DNA of 64,000 bases, taken from IMG/VR virus record IMGVR_UViG_3300020045_008999, positions 128,001 through 192,000 of that record; one strand, written 5' to 3'. A program made the position numbers and the translations under genes. Source of the DNA: a virus. Lineage: Duplodnaviria > Heunggongvirae > Uroviricota > Caudoviricetes. Positions 10,798 through 21,296 of this stretch are shown here, piece by piece (the stretch's first letter is position 1; every line of letters starts with the position of its first letter). A model generated the notes under the pieces. The model did not search any database. It was not told the origin of the DNA and saw only the letters and a list, made by a program, of their open reading frames with translations.

Positions 10798-11463
10798 ATG
10801 AATAATTTAATTGTTAAACAAGAAAATGACAGAATTGATTTAATATGCCAAAGATACAATATCAAAAATTATTCGATTAACCCAGATGGTTCTATTGATG
10901 TAGATGGCAATGTGGATTTTGGTGGTATGGATTTATTAAGTTTACCTCTGCGGTTTGGTAAAGTAAGTGGACATTTTGAATGTTATAAAAGTAAATTGAG
11001 TTCATTAGAGGGTGGACCAAAAACTGTTGGTGGCCATTTCGGATGTGATTTTAATCAATTAACTACATTAGTGGGTGCGCCTACTGTGGTGGGTGGAAGC
11101 TTTTATTGTACTAATAATGTATTGTCATCACTAGAGGGATTACCGGGCACAATCGGTGGTGATTTTAATTGTTCATATAATCAGTTAACTACACTGAATG
11201 GGGTGCCGAGTACTATTAATGGTGTTTTTAGTTGTTTTCATAATATGCTAACTTCTACACATTCAGGCGATACTGACATTGAAGTGAGTGGTGCATTACG
11301 ATGTGATGGTAAATTTCTACCTCAACTTTATAGAGATAATATCAGTCACATTAAATTGATTTTAAAATACCAGAGACACTTTATGGTTTGGAATGAAGAT
11401 CTAACCTTGAATGAGGAAAACTTTCAAGTATTACTCGATGAGATTAATGATGGTCTTCGTTAA
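10798..11463 (+). CDS. LRR-like array paralog, 221 aa, ~4 modules
   Basis: Family architecture; start at MNNLI. Confidence 0.85.
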   Translation: MNNLIVKQENDRIDLICQRYNIKNYSINPDGSIDVDGNVDFGGMDLLSLPLRFGKVSGHFECYKSKLSSLEGGPKTVGGHFGCDFNQLTTLVGAPTVVGGSFYCTNNVLSSLEGLPGTIGGDFNCSYNQLTTLNGVPSTINGVFSCFHNMLTSTHSGDTDIEVSGALRCDGKFLPQLYRDNISHIKLILKYQRHFMVWNEDLTLNEENFQVLLDEINDGLR

Positions 11464-11499
11464 TATATAGACAAACTAACATCGTTGATACGCTAACAC

Positions 11500-12417
11500 A
11501 TGAAGAACTTAATAACTAAAGAAGAAAAGGATCGAATTGATTTTATTTGTAAAGAATATGAGATTAAACAATATTCAATCAATCCGGATGGTTCAATTGA
11601 TGTATACGAAGATGTGAATTTTAATAATGTACATTTGGTAAAATCACCTTTAAAATTTGGTACGGTAAGTGGTGATTTTCATTGTTCTAATAATAATTTG
11701 ACTACATTGGAAGGTGCACCTCATACTGTTGTTGGCAGTTTTTATTGTGATAATAATAAATTGAATAATCTTGATGGGGCACCACAATCTGTCGGGGGTG
11801 AGTTTGTATGTTATAAAAACAGCATAACCTCTTTGTTGGGTGGCCCGGTTACCGTTGGTGGTAGTTTTCCTTGTGGGTATAACAAATTGACTACGTTAGT
11901 AGGTGCACCGGTTACGGTGGGTGGTGATTTTAATTGTCAATCTAATAAATTAACTTCATTAGAGGGCGGTCCAAATAGTGTGGGTGGTGATTTTTATTGT
12001 AAGGATAATAATTTAATCACATTAATAGGTTCACCAGTTGCTGTAGGTGGCTCATTTAATTGTTCATATAATAGACTAACTACATTAGAGGGTGGCCCCG
12101 TTACAGTTGGTGATGGTTTTAGCTGTAGGTTTAATAATTTAACTACATTAGAGGGTTCGCCGGTTACTATTAATGATAATTTTTATTGTAAGGACAATCC
12201 AATAACATCTACATATTCAGGTGATATAGATATTGAAATATTCGGAAATATTTATATAGCGAATTGGCATTTACCTCAAGTTATCAAAGATAATTTTGAA
12301 CACATTATACTGATTTTGAAATATCAGCGACACTTTGGGATATGGAATGGTGATTTAACATTGAATGTTGAAAACTTCAATGTCCTGATATTTGAAATTA
12401 ATGATGGATTATTATAA
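11500..12417 (+). CDS. LRR-like array paralog, 305 aa, ~8 modules
   Basis: Family N-cap, 21-aa repeats, tail. Confidence 0.85.
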   Translation: MKNLITKEEKDRIDFICKEYEIKQYSINPDGSIDVYEDVNFNNVHLVKSPLKFGTVSGDFHCSNNNLTTLEGAPHTVVGSFYCDNNKLNNLDGAPQSVGGEFVCYKNSITSLLGGPVTVGGSFPCGYNKLTTLVGAPVTVGGDFNCQSNKLTSLEGGPNSVGGDFYCKDNNLITLIGSPVAVGGSFNCSYNRLTTLEGGPVTVGDGFSCRFNNLTTLEGSPVTINDNFYCKDNPITSTYSGDIDIEIFGNIYIANWHLPQVIKDNFEHIILILKYQRHFGIWNGDLTLNVENFNVLIFEINDGLL

Positions 12418-12427
12418 TATATAACAC

Positions 12428-12979
12428 ATGGAAAACTTAATCACCAAGGAAAAAAAGGACCAAATTGATTTATTATGTAAAGATTATGGAATTAAAAACT
12501 ATTCCATCAATCCGGACGGAACGATTGATGTGGATGGTGATGTCAAGTTACAAAATATTGGTTTAGTGAAAATTCCAATAAAATTTAATAAGGTATCTGG
12601 GTTTTTTAGATGTGATGATAACAGTTTGTCCACATTGGAAGGCGCGCCTACTACAGTTGGTGGCAATTTTGATTGCGAGGGTAATTTGCTGAGATCATTG
12701 GAAGGCGCGCCTACTACAGTTGGTGGTTACTTCGCAGCTTCTTATAACAATTTAACATCCACATATGCTGGTGAGGTGGATATCGAAGATATTGGTGGTA
12801 ATGTATTTTTAACTGGTAATTCATTACTTGAACTTTTTGTGATTAGTACGTTTAACATGCGTAAAATTAAATTGATATTGAAGTATCAGAGACACTTTGA
12901 GATCTGGAATGAGGATCTAACCTTGAACGAGGAAAACTTTCAGGTGTTAATTGATGAAATTAATGATGGACTATTATAA
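12428..12979 (+). CDS. LRR-like array paralog, 183 aa, ~2 modules
   Basis: Family N-cap, 21-aa repeats, tail. Confidence 0.85.
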   Translation: MENLITKEKKDQIDLLCKDYGIKNYSINPDGTIDVDGDVKLQNIGLVKIPIKFNKVSGFFRCDDNSLSTLEGAPTTVGGNFDCEGNLLRSLEGAPTTVGGYFAASYNNLTSTYAGEVDIEDIGGNVFLTGNSLLELFVISTFNMRKIKLILKYQRHFEIWNEDLTLNEENFQVLIDEINDGLL

Positions 12980-12989
12980 TATATAACAC

Positions 12990-13739
12990 ATGAAAAACAT
13001 AATCACCAAGAAACAAAAGGACCAAATTGATTTAATCTGTTTGAGATATAACATCAAATACTACACAATTAACTCAGATGGTTCTATTGATGTGGATGGT
13101 AATGTGAATTTAACATCGAGAGACTTAACTAAAATGCCATTGCGCTTTGGTAATGTAACTGGCGATTTCATTTGTAGGCATAATACCTTAACTTCATTAG
13201 AGGGATCACCCAGAATAGTGGGTGGGAATTTTGTATGTAGCCAGAATTTAACATTGGGAAGTTTAAAGGGTGGCCCAGAAACCGTACACGGATCATTTTA
13301 CGCAGCCCTTACCACTATTGTTAATTTAGAGGGTGGTCCCACAACGGTTGGTGGTGGTGAGTATGCTTGTCATAATTCCAAATTAACATCTCTGGTGGGT
13401 GCACCACGTACAGTTACTGGGGACTTCACATGTTATGATAATATGCTAACTTCATTAGTTGGAATTCCGGTAATAATCGGTGGCTATTTGGATTGTGCAC
13501 AGAACAATTTGAGTTCTACCTATTCGGGTGATGTTGATTGTATTTTAGAGGGGAATTTTGAATTTGATTGGGGATCATGGCGAAATCACACTCTTTGTGA
13601 GGATATAATAGATAATAAATCGCATATTAAATTGATTTTAAAGTACCAACGATATTTCGAAATCTGGAATGATGATCTAACTTTGAATATTGATAATTTT
13701 ATAGAATTACTTCAAGAAATCGACGAGGGTTTACAATAG
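12990..13739 (+). CDS. LRR-like array paralog, 249 aa, ~5 modules
   Basis: Family N-cap, 21-aa repeats, tail. Confidence 0.85.
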   Translation: MKNIITKKQKDQIDLICLRYNIKYYTINSDGSIDVDGNVNLTSRDLTKMPLRFGNVTGDFICRHNTLTSLEGSPRIVGGNFVCSQNLTLGSLKGGPETVHGSFYAALTTIVNLEGGPTTVGGGEYACHNSKLTSLVGAPRTVTGDFTCYDNMLTSLVGIPVIIGGYLDCAQNNLSSTYSGDVDCILEGNFEFDWGSWRNHTLCEDIIDNKSHIKLILKYQRYFEIWNDDLTLNIDNFIELLQEIDEGLQ

Positions 13740-13800
13740 GGCATGATCAAGTTAATTTATAAAAACGCAATAAAATGATGTGTTAGTGGTTTTTTTTTGA

Positions 13801-13808
13801 TATATTTG
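13801..13808 (+). promoter_or_regulatory. Bacteroidota-type -7 promoter box
   Basis: TATATTTG upstream of the 13838 ORF. Confidence 0.5.
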
Positions 13809-13837
13809 TAGTTCAATAATCTAATACAATAGAAATT

Positions 13838-14095
13838 ATGATAGTTACTAAGCAATTACTCAATAAAGATGACTTCAAATCTCTGAAAAAAGGCGATATA
13901 ATTGCGTGTGAATGGGATTATGGTAAAGCTAATATGATTGATGAAATCAAATTAGGTACGTTTGGTGTTTATAAAATTAAAAATATCAATGGGTATGAGA
14001 TTACTATTAATAGAGATCAGTATTTCGATTACTCACTATTCTTAAAGGGTAAAAGTAAATTAATCAATGTGGTTTTAATAGCTGCCCATAAATAA
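13838..14095 (+). CDS. hypothetical protein, 85 aa
   Basis: ORF with upstream promoter box. Confidence 0.65.
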   Translation: MIVTKQLLNKDDFKSLKKGDIIACEWDYGKANMIDEIKLGTFGVYKIKNINGYEITINRDQYFDYSLFLKGKSKLINVVLIAAHK

Positions 14096-14131
14096 ATTGT
14101 AATAATATAACTACCCATAATAACCATTTTT

Positions 14132-14698
14132 ATGCAGAATATAATATTTCACAATACAGAGAATCAAATTGATTCAACAACAAAGTTGTTATGTAAAAAA
14201 TATAATATTCAAAAGTATTCGATTAACCCAGATGGTTCTATTGATGTGGATGGTGATGTTATTTTATCCTTTCACAAATTACATGAATTACCGCTAAAAT
14301 TCGCCAACGTCGGTGGTGATTTTTATTGTAGCCATAATAAATTAACTACCCTAGTGGGATCTCCGATTTCAGTTGGTGGTGATTTCGTTTGTGCTATTAA
14401 TGATTTGACTTCATTGGTTGGTGCTCCCAACATAATTGGTGGGAGTCTTATTTGCTCGTATAATAAGTTAACTTCAACCTATTCCGGGAATATTGACATT
14501 GAGTTGGGTGGTAGTGATGATTTCGGTTATAATAGATTAAGTCATTATTTTTATTATAATAATTACGCTAATAACAAAGATGTTATTAAATTGATTTTAA
14601 AATACCAACGACATTTTGAAATCTGGAATGATGATTTAACCTTGATAGAAGAAAACTTCCAGATATTATTAGATGAAATTAATGATGGCCTACTTTAA
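14132..14698 (+). CDS. LRR-like array paralog, 188 aa, ~2 modules
   Basis: Family N-cap, 21-aa repeats, tail. Confidence 0.85.
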   Translation: MQNIIFHNTENQIDSTTKLLCKKYNIQKYSINPDGSIDVDGDVILSFHKLHELPLKFANVGGDFYCSHNKLTTLVGSPISVGGDFVCAINDLTSLVGAPNIIGGSLICSYNKLTSTYSGNIDIELGGSDDFGYNRLSHYFYYNNYANNKDVIKLILKYQRHFEIWNDDLTLIEENFQILLDEINDGLL

Positions 14699-14706
14699 TA
14701 CAACAC

Positions 14707-15399
14707 ATGGGAAATTTAATCAATAAAAAGGAAAAAAAGCGAATTGATTCAATATGTAAGATGTATGGAATTGAAAATTATATCATTAATCCGGATGGAT
14801 CCATTGATGTGGATGAGGATGTGGATTTGATGAATATGCAACTCAGAAGATTACCATTGTTATTCAATAACATTAGTGGCAGTTTTCACTGTACTAATAA
14901 TAAATTGACTTCACTAGAGGGTTCGCCGACTACGGTGCGTGGGAATTTTTCATGCAGTAGTAATAAACTAGCCTCATTAAAGGGATCACCCAATACTATT
15001 AATGGTGATTTTTATTGTACTGGGAATGAATTAACATCATTGAATGGTGGTCCAATGACGATTGGTGGGGATTATATATGTTCTTATAATAATTTAACTA
15101 CGTTAGAGGGATCACCTACCACAGTTGGTGGTGGTTTTTATTGTTCAGCAAATGAATTAATATCCACATATTCCGGAGATATTGATCTTGAAATAGTTGG
15201 CACATTTTATTTAAATGATACAATTTATTTAAATGATAATTTTTTACCACAAATATTTCTTGATCGTAGCGACGACATAGAGATTCTTAAATTGATTTTA
15301 AAATACCAGCGACACTTTGAAATCTGGAATGATGATCTTTCATTAAATGACGAAAATTTCTTTGTCTTGATTTCCGAGATAGAAGATGGATTGAAATAA
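14707..15399 (+). CDS. LRR-like array paralog, 230 aa, ~4 modules
   Basis: Family N-cap, 21-aa repeats, tail. Confidence 0.85.
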   Translation: MGNLINKKEKKRIDSICKMYGIENYIINPDGSIDVDEDVDLMNMQLRRLPLLFNNISGSFHCTNNKLTSLEGSPTTVRGNFSCSSNKLASLKGSPNTINGDFYCTGNELTSLNGGPMTIGGDYICSYNNLTTLEGSPTTVGGGFYCSANELISTYSGDIDLEIVGTFYLNDTIYLNDNFLPQIFLDRSDDIEILKLILKYQRHFEIWNDDLSLNDENFFVLISEIEDGLK

Positions 15400-15412
15400 A
15401 AATTACAGACAG

Positions 15413-16081
15413 ATGAAGAAATTAATCAGTAAAAAGGAAAAGGACCAGATCGATTCAATATGCAAGTTATACAAAATTGAAAACTATTCAATAAACTCGG
15501 ATGGATCTATTGATGTGGTTGGTGATGTGAATTTTAATAATGCTGATTTGATAAAACTACCATTAGAATTCAATAATGTCAGTGGTGATTTTAATTGTAG
15601 TAGCAGTGAATTGACTTCGTTAGAGGGATCACCGGATTTTGTAGGTGGGGATTATACATGCTCATTCAACTGTATAACTTCACTCGTGGGTGGGCCACAA
15701 ACGGTGGGTGGTTCATTCTATTGCCATGGGAATAATATAACGTCACTCGTGGCTGGACCACAAACGGTTGGAATTAATTATGATTGCGAGGGTAATACAC
15801 TAAGTAATTTATTGGGGGTATCTACTATGATTGGGGGTTCACTAGATTGTTCTTATAACAATTTAATATCCACTTATTCCGGTGATGTTGATCTGGAACT
15901 TATTAGTAATAATGTGATTTTAAATGGCAATTTTTTACCGCGTAACCTTTTGGAAAATTTTGAACACATTAAACTAATTTTAAAATATCAGAGGCACTTT
16001 GAAATCTGGAAGGATGATCTTTCATTAAATGTCGAAAACTTCGCGGATTTAATATCCGAGATCATAGACGGATTGAAATAG
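15413..16081 (+). CDS. LRR-like array paralog, 222 aa, ~4 modules
   Basis: Family N-cap, 21-aa repeats, tail. Confidence 0.85.
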   Translation: MKKLISKKEKDQIDSICKLYKIENYSINSDGSIDVVGDVNFNNADLIKLPLEFNNVSGDFNCSSSELTSLEGSPDFVGGDYTCSFNCITSLVGGPQTVGGSFYCHGNNITSLVAGPQTVGINYDCEGNTLSNLLGVSTMIGGSLDCSYNNLISTYSGDVDLELISNNVILNGNFLPRNLLENFEHIKLILKYQRHFEIWKDDLSLNVENFADLISEIIDGLK

Positions 16082-16102
16082 AACCTGATTGATGATATTT
16101 AT

Positions 16103-16282
16103 ATGGTAAATAATAATTTACCACGACCACTTCTGAATAATTACACAAAAGATAACAGCGATATTATTAAACTGATATTGAAATACCAGAGACACTTTAT
16201 GATTTGGAATGATGATCTGACTTTCAATGAAGAAAATTTTGCGGATTTGATATTAGAAATTGAAGAGGGGTTAGTAGAATAA
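16103..16282 (+). pseudogene. tail-only remnant or mini-ORF of the LRR family, 59 aa
   Basis: Manual translation MVNNNLPRPLL...IKLILKYQRHFMIWNDDLTFNEENFADLILEIEEGLVE; no N-cap or repeats. Confidence 0.7.
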
Positions 16283-16305
16283 TATATAGACAAACTACTT
16301 TAACC

Positions 16306-16980
16306 ATGGAAAACTTAATTACTAAAGAGGAAAAGGACCATATCGATTCAATTTGCACCGAATATAAAATTAAAAATTATACCATTAACTCAGATGGTTC
16401 TATTGATGTTGATGGTGATGTGAAAATAACCAATATGCATTACACACATTTGCCATTGAGATTTAATATAGTAAGTGGTGATTTTTATTGCAGTGTTGGT
16501 CGAGCCGGTAGTTTAACGTCTTTAGTTGGTTCACCACATAGCGTTGGTGGTAATTTTATCTGTACACATAACCAATTAACTTCACTCGTGGGTGGACCGG
16601 TTACTGTTAATGGGTTTTATTATTGTTATAATAATAAACTAACTTCATTAGAAGGTGGGCCATTAGCAGTTGGTAGTGCCTTTGAATGTAGTGAAAATAG
16701 ATTAAGTACTTTACTGGGGATACCTGATGTGATAGGGGGACATCTAGATTGTGCCCATAACAATTTAATATCCACTTATTCCGGCGATATAGATATTGAA
16801 GTTGATGATGTTATTTATATAACAAATGATAATTTACCACGATTATTGGTAGATAATATGGGTTACATTAAATTGGTTCTAAAGTATCAGAGGCATTTCG
16901 AAATCTGGAATACTGATCTAACACTAAACGAAGAAAATTTCCAAATACTTCTGGATGAAATTAAAGATGGTTTGGAATAA
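16306..16980 (+). CDS. LRR-like array paralog, 224 aa, ~4 modules
   Basis: Family N-cap, 21-aa repeats, tail. Confidence 0.85.
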   Translation: MENLITKEEKDHIDSICTEYKIKNYTINSDGSIDVDGDVKITNMHYTHLPLRFNIVSGDFYCSVGRAGSLTSLVGSPHSVGGNFICTHNQLTSLVGGPVTVNGFYYCYNNKLTSLEGGPLAVGSAFECSENRLSTLLGIPDVIGGHLDCAHNNLISTYSGDIDIEVDDVIYITNDNLPRLLVDNMGYIKLVLKYQRHFEIWNTDLTLNEENFQILLDEIKDGLE

Positions 16981-16990
16981 TATATAACTC

Positions 16991-17593
16991 ATGGAAAATT
17001 TAATTAGCAAAGTCAAGAAAGACAGAATTGATTCAATTTGTACAAAATATCATATCAAAAACTATTCAATTAACCCGGATGGATCTATTGATGTGGATGG
17101 TAATGTGAAATTATATAATAAAAAATTAGTTAAACTGCCAGTCAAATTCAATAAAGTCTCTGGAGATTTTCATTGTAATGGAAATAGGTTGACTTCCTTA
17201 GTGGGTTCACCGAGTATAGTGGGTGGTAATTTTCTATGTAATAGTAATAATTTGACTAATTTGATAGGCGCACCTAATACTGTTGGTGACAATTTCACAA
17301 GTTCACACAATCGATTAACATCATTAAAGGGTTCGCCTACTGCGGTCGGTGGTAATTTCGCATGTCACCTTAATAGTATAGTCACTACCTATTCTAGTGA
17401 TACTGACATTGAGGTCGGTGGTGAAATTTATATATCGAATAATAATCTACTGCAATTATTACAAGACAATATTGCACACATTAAATTGATTTTAAAATAC
17501 CAGAGACATTTTGAAATCTGGGATACCGATTTATCATTAAATATTGCTAACTTTACTGAATTAATAGAAGAAATTAAGGATGGATTAGAATAA
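16991..17593 (+). CDS. LRR-like array paralog, 200 aa, ~3 modules
   Basis: Family N-cap, 21-aa repeats, tail. Confidence 0.85.
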   Translation: MENLISKVKKDRIDSICTKYHIKNYSINPDGSIDVDGNVKLYNKKLVKLPVKFNKVSGDFHCNGNRLTSLVGSPSIVGGNFLCNSNNLTNLIGAPNTVGDNFTSSHNRLTSLKGSPTAVGGNFACHLNSIVTTYSSDTDIEVGGEIYISNNNLLQLLQDNIAHIKLILKYQRHFEIWDTDLSLNIANFTELIEEIKDGLE

Positions 17594-17599
17594 AAAATT

Positions 17600-18202
17600 A
17601 TGAAGAACTTAATAAATAAAGAAGAAAAAGATCAAATTAATTCCATATGCATGTATTATGGAATTGAAGAATATACAATAAATTCAAATGGTTCGGTTGA
17701 TGTGATTGGTAATATTGACTTTTATAACCTAACTTTATCTAAAATCCCATTACAATTTGGTAATGTATCCGGTAATTTTGATTGTTATGGCAATGACTTG
17801 ACTTCATTAGAAGGATCACCAGTTAATATAGGAGGTAATTTTGATTGCTCACATAATAATTTGACTAATTTGATAGGGGCACCTACTGCGGTCGGTGGTG
17901 ATTTTAATGGTTCGTATAGTCAATTAATTTCATTAGAGGGTGCACCTACTACAGTTGGTGGAAATTTTTATTGTAACAGTAATGATTTAATATCCACTTA
18001 TTGCGGTGATAATGATATTGAATTGGGTGGAGACTTCCATTATAATGACAATTACTTACCACGATTATTGCAAGATAATATTGTACACATTAAACTAATC
18101 TTGAAGTATCAAAGACATTTTGAGATCTGGAATGATGACCTTACATTAAACGAGGAAAACTTCCAAATGTTACTCGATGAAATTAAGGATGGTTTACTAT
18201 AA
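17600..18202 (+). CDS. LRR-like array paralog, 200 aa, ~3 modules
   Basis: Family N-cap, 21-aa repeats, tail. Confidence 0.85.
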   Translation: MKNLINKEEKDQINSICMYYGIEEYTINSNGSVDVIGNIDFYNLTLSKIPLQFGNVSGNFDCYGNDLTSLEGSPVNIGGNFDCSHNNLTNLIGAPTAVGGDFNGSYSQLISLEGAPTTVGGNFYCNSNDLISTYCGDNDIELGGDFHYNDNYLPRLLQDNIVHIKLILKYQRHFEIWNDDLTLNEENFQMLLDEIKDGLL

Positions 18203-18327
18203 TAATTCATTATATAGTATTTATTTACTATATTTATTTACTATATTTGTACAAATTTAACTAACAATAAAAGTCACAGGTGATTTGAAATCAATGATGA
18301 TATATAATAGTGTTAATCCATAATGCC

Positions 18328-19107
18328 ATGATTTCTAAAGAAGAAAAGGATAAAATTGATTTTATATGTAACGAATATGGGATTAAAAAATATTCAATCA
18401 ATTCAAATGGGTCGATTGATGTCAATGGTGATGTATATTTATCATATAGAGAAATTTTTAAATTACCACTGAAATTTAATAATGTGATCGGCAATTTCAG
18501 ATGTAATAGTAATAAATTGACCTCATTGGATGGTGCGCCGGTTACCGTGGGTGGTTATTTTTATTGTAGTCACAATCAGTTGACTTCATTAGTGGGTGGG
18601 CCGGTTACTGTTGGTGGTGATTTCGATTGTGATAATAATCATTTGACTACATTGGTGGGATCTCCTATTTCGGTTGGTGGAGATTTCAACTGTGATTTTA
18701 ACATATTGACTACATTGGTGGATTCACCTATCACTATAAGTGGCCATTTTAATTGCAATAATAATTGTTTGACTTCATTAATGGGTGCCCCTACAATGGT
18801 TGGTGGTAGTTTTCAATGTATACGTAATAAACTGATCAATTTGATTGGAGCACCTTCGACGGTGGGTGTTTTTAGTTCGGGTGGAAATTATTTGACTTCA
18901 ACTTATTCCGGTGATACTGACATTGAAGTGAGTGGTGCATTACTAGGTGATGGTAAACTTCTACCTCAACTTTATAGGGATAATATCAGTCACATTAAAT
19001 TGATTTTAAAATACCAGAGACACTTTGAAATCTGGAATGCGGATCTAACCTTGAATGAGGAAAACTTTCAAGTATTACTCGATGAGATTAATGACGGTCT
19101 AAAATAA
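18328..19107 (+). CDS. LRR-like array paralog, 259 aa, ~6 modules
   Basis: Family architecture; start at MISKEEK. Confidence 0.8.
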   Translation: MISKEEKDKIDFICNEYGIKKYSINSNGSIDVNGDVYLSYREIFKLPLKFNNVIGNFRCNSNKLTSLDGAPVTVGGYFYCSHNQLTSLVGGPVTVGGDFDCDNNHLTTLVGSPISVGGDFNCDFNILTTLVDSPITISGHFNCNNNCLTSLMGAPTMVGGSFQCIRNKLINLIGAPSTVGVFSSGGNYLTSTYSGDTDIEVSGALLGDGKLLPQLYRDNISHIKLILKYQRHFEIWNADLTLNEENFQVLLDEINDGLK

Positions 19108-19115
19108 TATAGTTT

Positions 19116-19943
19116 ATGGAAAATTCAATCGGTATAGAAGAAAAAAATCAAATTGATCTAACAACGTTGTTATGTAACCAATACCATATTGATAACTATT
19201 CAATAAACTCGGATGGGTCTATTGATGTAGATGGTAATGTGGACTTTATTAATGAGAATTTTAAACAGCTACCTTTAAAGTTTGGTATTGTAAGTGGTAG
19301 TTTTTATTGTGGTAGTGGTAAATTAACTACATTAGAAGGTGCACCTACGACAGTGGGTGGAAATTTCTCATGCTCTTATAATGAATTGTCATCATTACTG
19401 GATGGTCCGGTTACTGTGGTTGGAAATTTTTCAGGTTCTTATAATCGATTAACATCATTAGAGGGTGGGCCACAAACTGTGGGTGGTGATTTTCATTGTA
19501 ATGGAAATATTCTGTCTACCTTAAAAGGAGCCCCTGTTACGGTTGGAGGATTTTTCGGATGTGATTATAATGAATTAACTACACTTGAGGGTGGCCCAAA
19601 AAAGATTGCTGATAATTTTACATGTTCCTATAATAGTCTGTCTACATTAAAAGGAGCACCGGATTTTGTAGGTGGGGATTTTTATTGTTGTGAAAATGTT
19701 TTAATGTCGACCTATTCTGGGGATACTGATATTGAAATAATCGGAAATTTTTACAGTGGGTTCAGTGATGATTCAAAACTTCATTTTTTTTGGGATAGTA
19801 CGAATAACATGTATCATATCAAAGGTGTTGTTAAAATGATTTTAAAATACCAACGACATTTTGAAATCTGGAATGATGATCTTTCATTGAATAATGAAAA
19901 CTTACAGATCTTATTGGATGAAATTAAAGATGGCTTACTATAA
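19116..19943 (+). CDS. LRR-like array paralog, 275 aa, ~6 modules
   Basis: Family N-cap, 21-aa repeats, tail. Confidence 0.85.
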   Translation: MENSIGIEEKNQIDLTTLLCNQYHIDNYSINSDGSIDVDGNVDFINENFKQLPLKFGIVSGSFYCGSGKLTTLEGAPTTVGGNFSCSYNELSSLLDGPVTVVGNFSGSYNRLTSLEGGPQTVGGDFHCNGNILSTLKGAPVTVGGFFGCDYNELTTLEGGPKKIADNFTCSYNSLSTLKGAPDFVGGDFYCCENVLMSTYSGDTDIEIIGNFYSGFSDDSKLHFFWDSTNNMYHIKGVVKMILKYQRHFEIWNDDLSLNNENLQILLDEIKDGLL

Positions 19944-19972
19944 TTATAGATAAACTAACATCGTCACACATT

Positions 19973-20698
19973 ATGAGCTTAATCACCAAAAAAGAAAAGA
20001 ATCGAATTGATTCAGTTTGTAAAGAATATCATATCGAAAACTATTCAATTAACCCAGATGGATCGATTGATGTGGATGGTGATGTAGATTTACAAGGTAT
20101 AAAATTAGTTAAGTTACCAGTTAAATTCAATAATGTTTCAGGGTCTTTTCATTGTGGTTTTAATTTTTTGACTTCCTTAGAGGGGTGTCCACATACTGTT
20201 GGTCGTGGTTTTTCTTGTATCTTTAATGCTTTGACTACATTAGAGGGATCCCCTGATACAGTCGGCGGTTATTTTATGTGTAGTACAAATAAAATAACCT
20301 CATTAATAGGCGCGCCGAATACGGTTGGTGGTGATTTTTTATGCTATGCTAATAAATTATCATCATTGGTTGGATCACCGGTTAGTGTGCATGGGTCTTT
20401 TAAATGTTTAGATAATAAAATAATCACATTAGAGGGTGCACCACATACAATTGGCCGTGGGTTATATTGTTCTAATGACTATCTTATCTCTATCTATTCT
20501 GGGGATACTGATATTGAAATAAACATGGAGTTTGAGTGTAGTCGTCATATACTGCCACAATTGATCGTAGATAATTTTAAGCATATTAAATTGATATTAA
20601 AATTCCAAAGGTATTTTGAAATCTGGGATGATAAGATCTCTTTAAATGTAAAAAATTTCAATGATTTGATATCCGAAATTGAAGACGGATTAGAATAA
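19973..20698 (+). CDS. LRR-like array paralog, 241 aa, ~5 modules
   Basis: Family N-cap, 21-aa repeats, tail. Confidence 0.85.
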   Translation: MSLITKKEKNRIDSVCKEYHIENYSINPDGSIDVDGDVDLQGIKLVKLPVKFNNVSGSFHCGFNFLTSLEGCPHTVGRGFSCIFNALTTLEGSPDTVGGYFMCSTNKITSLIGAPNTVGGDFLCYANKLSSLVGSPVSVHGSFKCLDNKIITLEGAPHTIGRGLYCSNDYLISIYSGDTDIEINMEFECSRHILPQLIVDNFKHIKLILKFQRYFEIWDDKISLNVKNFNDLISEIEDGLE

Positions 20699-20767
20699 AT
20701 CTAATTTAGATATAATCACAGTGAGTGATTATCCAATCGATATATTAATAAAAAATAAAACTAAAAC

Positions 20768-21229
20768 ATGAAAAATGTAACTTTTACAGAACATTTAAAT
20801 AACGATTATTCCTTTTATAACAAATCGCAACTTGATTCTATATCTAATGATGATATAAAAGAATATCGTTATAAAATTATCCAAGATAATGCCGGGTGCA
20901 GTGATAGTAAAAATATCACTGAAATTAGAAATGCCCAATCCGATTGGAAACATTATCTAGAAGAACTTGAAGTTTATAGATTAGTTAGATTTAAACAAGA
21001 TACCCTTGATATGTATGATAGATGGGTTAAATTAGCCGCAGATGGTGATAAAAGCTATGAGGGAATGGCTATACTTGTCCAAACTGTCCTGGGCAAAGAA
21101 GAAATGTATAATATGTCGTTATTCACACAAACCGAAGAAATTGGTGAGTTTAAATATATTATAGGGTTAGAGATTAACGATGTGCCAGATATGGTTAATT
21201 ATGTAACGATGTTTATGAAAAAAAAATAG
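20768..21229 (+). CDS. hypothetical protein, 153 aa
   Basis: Long ORF; N-terminus MKNVTFTEHLN. Confidence 0.7.
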   Translation: MKNVTFTEHLNNDYSFYNKSQLDSISNDDIKEYRYKIIQDNAGCSDSKNITEIRNAQSDWKHYLEELEVYRLVRFKQDTLDMYDRWVKLAADGDKSYEGMAILVQTVLGKEEMYNMSLFTQTEEIGEFKYIIGLEINDVPDMVNYVTMFMKKK

Positions 21230-21296
21230 TTCACAGAAACCTTAAACCACAACATATCAAACCAGTGAAACACCGTTTAATTCCATAGATAGTCAT

